Assembly (NCBI GenBank): GCA_001662655.1
Contig: KV460213.1
DNA length: 64,000 nt
Strand: one strand, 5' to 3'
DNA from: Pseudogymnoascus verrucosus
Lineage: Eukaryota
Shown here: positions 55,344 through 64,000 of the stretch, piece after piece
How the letters are laid out: each line of letters begins with the position of its first letter
Numbering within the stretch: the first letter of the stretch is position 1
Translations under genes and position numbers: made by a program
Notes under the pieces: model-generated
Databases searched by the model: none
Told to the model about the DNA's origin: nothing
The model's input: the letters and a program-made list of their open reading frames with translations, nothing else

Positions 55344-55876
55344 GATGACAGCTTCTCGAAAAAGTTTAGAATACTCTCATATCAAACACATATTCCCGCC
55401 AAAGGAACGTCGGCAGTGGGTTTGCGGCTCAGCCGCTTTGGGTGTTTGAAGGGCGGAGGTTAAGCAGATATAGTATTCGCCAAGCTTCGAGGTAAAATGA
55501 TGTTATTGCGAGGTTTCCCGGCACACAGGTCGTAGCGAAGTATTACCAGAAAGGTAATGACAGGGCGTAGCTCTTTAAGTCATGCGATTTTATGCCGCTA
55601 ATATATGCTCGACAGATAGGAGGTCGTAGATTGGGCTGAATGAGAGCGGAATGCGTCAATAGTTGACCTCGGGGGATCAGAGAAACAAATTCTAGGATAC
55701 AATTCGTTAATCCCTGTAGCATGCTGTTCCGGAGCGCGGGTACAAATTTAATCCGTTCCGAAGTCCCCGACCAACCAATCTGAACGAAGGTGTTTCCCAT
55801 TTTTGATTTCTTTGCGATAACGACTTTATCGCGGCAAGGCACTTCAACTTCAGGGTGCTGAAAAGAGCAATTCGAA

Positions 55877-56692
55877 ATGGATCCCACGGCCACAGACATA
55901 CTGTCGCTGCTTGAGCAGCTCGATGATGAGATAGATGATTTGGAAGACTCGCTCGCGCCTGTACTGGAGACTGGCATATCCGATACAGCATCCAAGCTGC
56001 CACTATTAGACAAAGCAAAGCTATACGTACTCGTCACATACGCAGTAGAGTCAATATTATTTTGTAAGTTCCTTTCCCCTTTTACACTGATATATACTAA
56101 CTGTTCTTTCTCAGCGTATCTCCGATTGAACGGTGTTAAGGCGCGAGAGCACCCAGTTTTCCTGGAGTTAACCCGTGTCAAGCAATATTTCGACAAACTA
56201 AAGGAAGCCGAAAACCCAACACCAAAACAACCAGGATTAGCACTGGATAAAAATGCTGCTGGTAGATTTATCAGAGCTGGACTGGTGAGTAGTCAATGCA
56301 TGCCACAACTCGTCAATGTGCTAACGGATCCCAAGAGTGGAAACAGCAAGCTAGACCTAGAGCGAGCGGAGAAGTTGGCCAGAGAAAGAGTTCATATCAA
56401 GTTCAATAGCGAGAAAAAGAGCGAAGCTCCAGCTGCAATGAAGGCTGCAGTACCCAGCGGACCGTCATCCCCATCCAGCGATGATTCGGAGTCCGATTCG
56501 CCTAAGGAATCTGTAAAAGAAAAATCCAAGCCATCAAAGAAGCGAAAGGCTGCTGCTTTGGAGACTGAAGTAGCATCTGGGGATAAGGGAGCAACTTCTT
56601 CGTCACAACAGGACAGCTCAAAGTCTGGCAAGAAAAGGAAGGACAAGAAGAATAAGTCACAGAAGAAATCCAAGGGGGGGAAGAAGGACTGA
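55877..56692 (+). CDS. LRP1: Exosome cofactor C1D/Rrp47 (Sas10/Utp3/C1D family)
   Basis: LPLLDKAKL...YAVESILF, HPVFLELTRVKQYF and AAGRFI, with a Lys-rich tail. Two probable introns read through in frame. Confidence 0.85.
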   Translation: MDPTATDILSLLEQLDDEIDDLEDSLAPVLETGISDTASKLPLLDKAKLYVLVTYAVESILFCKFLSPFTLIYTNCSFSAYLRLNGVKAREHPVFLELTRVKQYFDKLKEAENPTPKQPGLALDKNAAGRFIRAGLVSSQCMPQLVNVLTDPKSGNSKLDLERAEKLARERVHIKFNSEKKSEAPAAMKAAVPSGPSSPSSDDSESDSPKESVKEKSKPSKKRKAAALETEVASGDKGATSSSQQDSSKSGKKRKDKKNKSQKKSKGGKKD

Positions 56693-57156
56693 AGCTCATG
56701 AAGGGAGATGCAGACCAAGTTCTGCCCAGTTGAATACAGTTCAATTTGTAAAGATTGATTCCAGGAGCAAAAAGGTTAACAGCATGGCGATGGCGTTCGT
56801 TGGGGCATGGTGGTTTACGGATGGGACAAATGGCATTCACGAATACTTCTCAGCGTGAGAAATAGCTTGCGGTGGAAGATACCCATAGAATAATGAATTA
56901 AAATATCAAACATCTTATACATTACTACCGGTGTTTTATCATTATCAAAACGTATCGCCTCGGTTGAATAAATTCGACTCAGTCCGGTATATATATATTC
57001 CGGCCGGCCCAGGTTCGTTGCTGTTCCTGAGCCTTCCGTTGCCGAATAGCTTCCCCAAGATAAAAATTATATACATCTATCTGTTCACTACACACTCTAC
57101 GCACGTCTCACCTCTCACTTCACACACATCAACATAATCGCATAACCTCCAACAAA

Positions 57157-57799
57157 ATGGCTCGTCAAGGAAGATCCGGTGGCGGAAGCCGTCCCTCAAG
57201 GCCTACCGTTGCCCCTGCCCGCCCATCCGTGGCACCAAAGCAACAAACCCGCCCAGCAACCACTGCTGCATACCCAGGAAACCGCGCCGCCGCTCCTCCA
57301 GCAGCTGCTGCTCCAGGTGCTGCCCCTGCGGCCGCTGCCCCAGCTGGCCCAGGCCTGTTCGCCAACATGGCTAGCACTGCTGCGTAAGTTGCCCCCCGAA
57401 CTGCAGATTCGCCCGCGAAATACCGAGGTGGCGATGTGGTGAACTTGTGCTAACTATTCCTTACAGTGGTGTCGCAGTTGGTTCCTCTATCGGCCACGCC
57501 ATCGGTGGTTTCTTCGGTGGCGGCTCCTCTGCTGCCCCAGCAGAGGCCGAGCAGTCCCAGATGACCCAGTCTCAGGGTTCGGCTGAGCAGAGCAACTGGG
57601 GAGCAAGAAGCTGCGAGGTCGACGCGAAGCAGTTCACAAAGTGCTTGGATGAGAACCAGGGCAACATGCAAACTTGCTCGTGGTACTTGGAGCAGCTGGT
57701 ACGTTTCCCCCCATTCCCTTGCTTTACAATGAGTAGAAGAGATGCTAATATGTCTTGTTATTATAGAAGGCCTGCCAATCTGCTGCCAGCGGTTACTAG
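57157..57799 (+). CDS. MIX17: Mitochondrial CHCH-domain protein (Mix17/CHCHD2)
   Basis: PGLFANMASTAA joined to GVAVGSSIGHAIG, and twin CX9C. Three exons. Confidence 0.9.
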
Positions 57800-57976
57800 A
57801 ATTTCAATCGAGGGTTAGAAGGGGGGTTGAGTTGTACGAAGTAGATTGTTTTTCTGTATATAATGCGTGCTATCAAGACATACCCGCTATAGGCCATGAA
57901 CGGTAATATTCCGGATGGGAGTCTTGATTCCAACTCCTGGAACTCCACTCTATCAATGATAACCTGTTGCAACTAT

Positions 57977-59563
57977 CTAATCTTCCTTGTCCTGGTTATC
58001 CCGCCTGGGTTCGAAATTGAGCTATGATATGTTAGTGAGACACAATAAATTGTAGAATGTGACGACTTACGCCACCGCCGTTGTACAGCTCATGTCGTTC
58101 ACTTTGCCTTGGTTCTTGCCCGGGAGGCGCTGCTGTTGCAGGAGGCTGTCCTTGGGCAGAGTCTCCCAACACACTTCCTAATACTCGAGACGCAAATCCG
58201 AATCCAGAACTGAGCCCAGAACTGACTAAACCGTAGCCCGCAGAGACGCCACTCGAAAGAAGGCCCGTTACCCCAGGCCCTTGCGCATAGGCTGGTGTGA
58301 AATCCTTGATCGGGACCAGTATCAATGTTGCATTAGGGACAAGACCAAGATCCTGCAACGAGTTCCCCTCCTCTGAAATAGATATTTCTTTGTTGGGGAA
58401 TGGCGTCAATATATGCTTGAATATGTATGGCGATTCGGCAACTTGCTGCTCTTGATCAACCCATTCGCGAACCTCTCCCTCCAATGTGGCCCCGGACGGG
58501 AATCGGGAGCTTATTGCTGATCCGTCAAATAGGCGTACTTTCAACGCACAATGATCACCCCTCTTCATTGACCCCATTTCTGAACTCGGTGCAGTAAAGG
58601 GGTTGGGATTCTCGGTGCCAGCCGCGATCTTTGCCTGTTCTTTCCGTGTAGCGTCTCTCGCCTTTCGCTCTGCCTTATCATCTTCGATTTGCTTCAAGAC
58701 CCTCTCTCGCTCCTCTCGGGCTTCCTGCTGACGCTTTTTCTGCTGCGCTGCGTACTTCAAATCGGCGGCTCTCTTCGGATCTTCCGGCTTGCCAGATTCT
58801 ACCGCAGCCTTTCTTTCGGCCGCCTTCCGGGTACGTTCAGCCTTCTCTTGCGCGTCTTTCTTCTTCTTATCGGCCTCCATGCGAACCTTTCGCTCTTGTA
58901 GGAGGGCAGCCACGCTGGCTGCCTGGTTTTGGTTGTTATCAGATGCCTCCCCCATATTTGCACCAGTGGCCGGGATGCCGGAAAGTGGCGAAAAGGAGCT
59001 CTCCTCTCCCTTTAGGACAGGAGTTAGCCGGTTAATAAAGTCTTCTTTTGATATTCCAGACGTGAGATATTCCTTCATGGCCCCATTACTGCGGTAGATG
59101 ATTAGCTTGCGGGTTTTGAGTAACTTATACTCTGGATGGAGCATGTGACTTAATTTACGTCACTTCGGCTTGGGGGGTAATGGAAAAGAAAGACGCACTG
59201 AATGACTACTAAAGTTGGAAGCTTCACGATAGGGCATATTTGTTCGAGAAAGGACGCCTCTTCTGAGGGAGACAACAGGCGGAGGAGGATCGCCTTTGAT
59301 GAGATGAGGTCCGCTATCTGTGCATTTGGTCAGTTATCAATATCCTTGGTGATGTCTAGCTTTTGTACTAACTTCTGGGTCCTTCAAGAAATCGTTCTCC
59401 CAAGTTGTGGTCTCTTCCTCGTCATCTGATAGATGGTATATCAGCATGGCCCAACACATTATAACAGTTGCCACCTACCTTGGCTTCGCACATAGCAAGC
59501 TACAAGCTTAGATTGCTCAATAGCAGTATTGATACCGCTCCTCAGATCACCCTCGTAAAACAT
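57977..59563 (-). CDS. UBX-domain protein (UBXN4/Ubx7-like)
   Basis: Exon 1 MFYEGDLRSGI, thioredoxin-like N-terminus, coiled coil, UBX domain (VRLFDGS...PFP...LQDLGLVPNATL), terminal YNGG-LNFEPR. Confidence 0.82.
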
Positions 59564-59947
59564 CGTGAATTTCAATCAATGTTGAGATTTGATATTTGGG
59601 AGGTCTTCACAAATGAAATTAGTGGACAGGTGGTATGCTGACTGAGCAGTTGGGAAGCTCGTTGCATGTATCAGGCCTATTGTTCCAAGATTGAGCAGTT
59701 GTTGGAAGACATGTATTAAAAATTAACAAGTATGCACCATGTAAGTCTTAGTAAATGTAAGAAAACGTGAAGTTGATTGTTTCGCCTTTAGGCTGCTCAG
59801 TGCTCGTTGGCGTTCTCGACCGTTCTCCCTCGTGGCCGTCTTATTATAGAAGGTTCGTGCTTGGGACGCTAAACCTTATCGCCCATATCAAGCATCAAGT
59901 TTCCGCGGCAATCCGACAAAACACAACCCAAAAAACCTCCAATTACC

Positions 59948-61006
59948 ATGAGCGCAGGCTATTCGACGGTCTCGCAAGCTCTCAGGGTCGCCTCTAGAGC
60001 AGCATGGCGACGACCGCAGCGATCGCTGTTCCAAAAATGCCCGGAATGTAGACATATATCACGAACTGCGATCCGCAGGAGGCAACCCGCGGAGGACCCA
60101 AACTTTTTGTCCATCTTGGATAACCCCCCGAACATTGTGAGGTCAGGGGGGAAGAAGCATGGGCCGGGGCTTATAGTACTTGGTAGGTCAAACAGCGTCC
60201 GAAGTATGGACCAGACAGCTAATGGTATACTCTAGCTTTGATCCCAATAATAGCATTCGGACTGGGAACATGGCAGGTCCAGCGATTGGGCTGGAAATCC
60301 GAGCTGATGGCAAGATTCGAAGATCGACTTGTTCGCGATCCGCTGCCGTTACCACCGCATATTGATCCAAGTGCCATCAAGGACTTCGATTACCGACGAG
60401 TCTACGCTACGGGCCACTTCCGCCACGACCAGGAGATGCTTATAGGGCCGCGCTTGAACGAGGGGAAGGATGGTTATCTCGTCATCACACCGCTTGAGCG
60501 TGAGGGAGATGGGACTACGGTGTTGGTGAATAGGGGATGGATAGCAAAGAAGTTCAAGGATCCGAAAACCCGCGCCGACGGTCTACCGATTGGCGAAATC
60601 ACAGTGGAGGGATTGTTACGAGAGCCTTGGAAGAAGAACATGTTCACGCCGGATAACAGCCCAGAGAAGAATGAGTTCTATTTCCCGGATGTTGCGCAGA
60701 TGGCAGCGTTGACGGGGAGTCAGGCTGTGTGGGTAGAGGAGACAATGGCACCAAATCTCATGACTTCTTGGGACAGAGAGGCTCGTGGTATTCCCATTGG
60801 CAGAGCACCTGAGGTCAATTTGAGGAATAATCATGCTCAGTATATATTTACATGGTATTACCCCTTATCCTCCTATTAATTCCTTCATGCTAACGGATAC
60901 TAGGTATGCGCTTGCCGCTGCAACATCGATAATGCTCTGGATGGTCATCAAGAAGCCTCCGACCGATGTTGCTCGTAAAGTGAGGCAGAATAAAGACTGG
61001 TCGTAA
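59948..61006 (+). CDS. SHY1: SURF1/Shy1 cytochrome c oxidase assembly factor
   Basis: FGLGTWQVQRL, VLVNRGW and NNHAQYIFTW-Y. Two introns. Confidence 0.93.
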
Positions 61007-61057
61007 AGGCATTCACTGGCCGTTGTATGTCATAAGAATTGTCATCAATTGGCGTTT

Positions 61058-62843
61058 CTATTCCTCCTCTGTACTTTTAAGCTTTTTACCCCCTCTCAGC
61101 TTGGTTGGAGGCACCATCCGGAAATCTTGGAGAAGTTCTCGCGGCAAATGCTTCTGCGCAAGCGCAAATGGGGTGGTGATAGCATTTGTCTGGCGCTGTC
61201 TGTAGGATATAATTAGCTTTGATCCCAAATGGTCATCATCTGGGTGTTCGAAATGTATACCTTTTCATAAGTGCCATAACATCATTCTCATCAATTGTCT
61301 TTCGGCCTGCATGGGCAGCATACGCTCCAAGGTCATCGCTAACCTGCTCGAAGAACCAATCCGTCGCTTGCATTATAGCTGCCAGTGCATCCTTGCTTAT
61401 CTTTCCGCTGCCACTCCCGCCCGTTCTCGCAAACGTAGTAGCGAGCTTCTTGACAACTCCAGCAGGTAACGATGAGTACTGTATACCATGCTTTGACACC
61501 CTGATTGTCTTCTTGGCCTTCGGCTTCCGCACTTCTTGCGCTGATAATTGGATATCCGTCATAACCGTATCAGTCATAGTCATATCAACAGTCGGTTCTA
61601 ATTGATCGATATCCAAATCCTCTAAATCTTCATCTTCATCCTCAACCTCGAGCTCGAGCTCGAGCTCCCGCTCAAGTTCGTTGTCTTCTTCCACCTCCTC
61701 TGGTTCTGATTGGACTTCTTCCTCCTCTTCTACTTCAGTCCCTTCAAGCGGACCTATACTTCGTCTCGGCACGCCAACATTTGCAGCCTGTGCACTTGTC
61801 GCCATATCTTCCCTTCTCGGCGGCACCGCAAATGCAAAGGTTGCTTCATGTTCGTCGTCCTCAAACGGTCCACGCACATCGCTTGACCTACCCGCCGCGA
61901 ATGCCCCTCTCAGGTCCAAAGTACCGGTTCTCTCGTCCAAGATACTAGGATCATCTTGTAAGAAGGGCCCATCATCATCAAAGTTTCCCTGGATGAAGCT
62001 TGAGTCGAATCTCTCCGGATCACCCATAGTTCGATCGAATTGATCGCTATATCTGATACTTCCAAAGCTTCCACGTGACAATCGACCACCAGCTTGCTCA
62101 CTGACTGCCCTTCGTGGAAGCTCAACAGACCGCATCGTCATATTATCATCGTCGAGCAACGCATCGGAATGTGGCGGCAGTAAAAGGCTATCATCCTCGT
62201 CGTCTCCAATGGCCATCGAAAGCCTTGGTCTCGTCGGCGCTGGCTCATCATCCACATCATTCAACCTCGTGAACGGCAACCTCGGCCCCTCAGCTTCTTG
62301 CATTTCAGGTAACGCAGCGACTGGAATTGTGCCCGGAGCCAGCCTCTTACTCAGTTGCCTCAATAAATCACGGGGTGTCTCTCGCTTCTGAAGCCCACTT
62401 CTCCTCCTATCCTTGCCCGGCGTGAGGGCGGCCGCTCGCCGCATCTCAATCTCCCGTGCAGCAGCGCGGCCATGGGGAGTAGCAGCCGTTGGTCGCCGCG
62501 TAGAGCCAGGTCCGTACCCTCCAGGTGTTATGTTCTGCGCCCCCGGTGTGCGACGCGCCGTTCTATGGGTGGATGGAGGGCCGGCGCTTGAAGCACGACG
62601 AATTGGAGTTGTTGGTCTTGGTATGATATTGGACAGCTGCCGCAGCGTAGTGTAGGGTGTTTCTTTTGGCTTTGCAGCTTCGGCATCTTCGGTGAGTGAG
62701 TTTCGGGGCGTGATTCGTGGTTGTCGTACTTGTGAAGGTGATTGTTCGGGGGCAGCCAAGTTGAGCGAGTCGGTGGTTGAGGGCGGATGAATTGCAGATG
62801 CGCCCACGCCGCTTTTGCGAGCGCTTTTCCTCCTTGCCGACAT
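61058..62843 (-). CDS. Kinetochore protein CENP-T (Cnp20-like) with C-terminal histone fold
   Basis: TPRDLLRQLS motif, disordered acidic region, and histone fold FFEQVSDDLGAYAAHAGRKTIDENDV...KR joined to QRQ...LAQKHLPRELL. Confidence 0.85.
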
Positions 62844-63159
62844 TTTGGATGGCTATTCTGGAAGTCAATGCACAGAGGTCGATGTGATATTCGTTTTGCG
62901 CGTCAGCGTCGGCATGATCGAATTGACGTCGCGTTTGTCAACAAGACCCTGGATAAGGCCATGCCGCGCTAAGATAAGATAAGATAATGTGCCAGAGCTA
63001 TTTTGAAGGCGGTGAGCCAATAAATTATTCTGCTATTTCCAACCTTGCGCCAAATATCGAACTTGTACAGTTTTCAATTAATTCTTCGTCGGAACGCATT
63101 TAAATCCAGTTGTCTATACTAGAGTTACCGGGTACTTGACCTCCCAACTTTCATAAAAG

Positions 63160-64000
63160 ATGTCGGACAACGAGTTGCAAGAACCTCTTCTCGAGGGACC
63201 AATCTCCAGCCCCGAGCCTGAAAATGCCAGCAGCCCGCAAAAAAAGCGTAAGAGAGACGCCGAGGTCGAGGCAAAGGACAAGAAGCAAGCAAAGAAGCCC
63301 AAGACCAAGAAGCAAAAGGAGCAATTTGAGGAAGACTATCTCGATATAGAGGCTGGCATCAACAAGAGGTTCGCGGAGATGGACAGCCAGTTGTTGGCCG
63401 ATTATGTGGACCAGAGAACTACGCAGTTTGAGTCTGATCTCAGCGCCATTGAGTTGGAGGATAGGCATATTTCTGGTACATACAGCATCTTGTCGTGTCT
63501 GGTTGGGATTTAAGGCTAACGTATTTAACAGCGACTTCCATAAGAGATACCACCTCGTGGAATAAACCCCGCACACTTGATAACCTACCTGGATTCCTCG
63601 AGAGCGTTTGCTCGAACCCAACGAGGCTATGGGGAGCATCGAAGAAGAATGGAGCACCACACACTATTATCGTCGCTGGCGCAGGTCAGCGCGCTGCTGA
63701 TCTTGCGAGGGTCGTCAGGAAGCTACAGTCCAAGGATGCCGAAGTAGCCAAGCTCTTCGCGAAGCACATCAAGCTCCAAGATGCGGTCAAGTTTCTGAAG
63801 AGCAAGCGGACGGGGATGGCGGTTGGGACGCCAAAGCGTTTGGAAGATCTGATGGATGACGGCGCGTTGCAGATCGACAGGCTGGAGAGGATTATTGTCG
63901 ATGCGTCGCATATCGATGTGAAGAAGAGGGGGTTGTTGGAGATGAAGGAGACGCAGGTGCCTCTTACTCATTGGTTGAACAGGGCGGAGTTTAAGGAGAG
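63160..64000 (+). CDS. CMS1: Cms1 (CMSS1) 90S pre-ribosome factor, truncated by the window edge
   Basis: LSAIELED, GAPHTIIV, KLFAKHIKL, VGTPKRL and IVDASHIDVK. Intron near 63476-63531. Confidence 0.88.

Noticed and set aside
55543..56196. 217-aa minus-strand ORF
   Set aside because: Overlaps C1D/LRP1 antisense, has no domain motifs and begins at a non-ATG codon.
51842..61006. Local enrichment of mitochondrial genes (COQ4, Pan5-like, MIX17, SHY1)
   Set aside because: Interspersed with nuclear and ER genes; consistent with an ordinary housekeeping block.

Overview
Gene-dense, intron-containing DNA from a filamentous ascomycete (short GT-AG introns with CTRAC/CTAAY branch sites; a Leotiomycete is my unverified guess). 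About 31 protein-coding genes can be modelled, including a gene cut off at each window edge. Most are conserved housekeeping genes: NCS6, pantothenate kinase, DLD1, RPS4, ADE1, HOM2, a double-Myb telobox protein, DCAF11/WDR23, SSS1, an Rbp35/CFIm68-like RRM protein, a CNNM/DUF21 protein, a SET methyltransferase, COQ4, PDCD5, a ketopantoate reductase-like protein, C1D/LRP1, MIX17, a UBX protein, SHY1, CENP-T and CMS1. The stretch 3.9-17.5 kb looks accessory. It holds an aldo-keto reductase, a Zn2Cys6 regulator, a divergent GH2 beta-galactosidase/sugar permease pair, an FAD/NAD(P) oxidoreductase with two zinc-response-like motifs, a polar 56-bp tandem array, and a three-exon secreted 8-Cys peptide made only of an SH3b-like domain. 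A cellular RNA-dependent RNA polymerase has a duplicated C-terminal module and stacked direct repeats upstream. Finer signals include a GC-AG intron, a probable non-AUG start, an intronic hairpin in RPS4, uORFs before pantothenate kinase and an 11-nt microexon. I recognised no rRNA, tRNA, CRISPR array or intact transposon. All calls come from reading motifs by eye; no database search was run, so novelty is untested.
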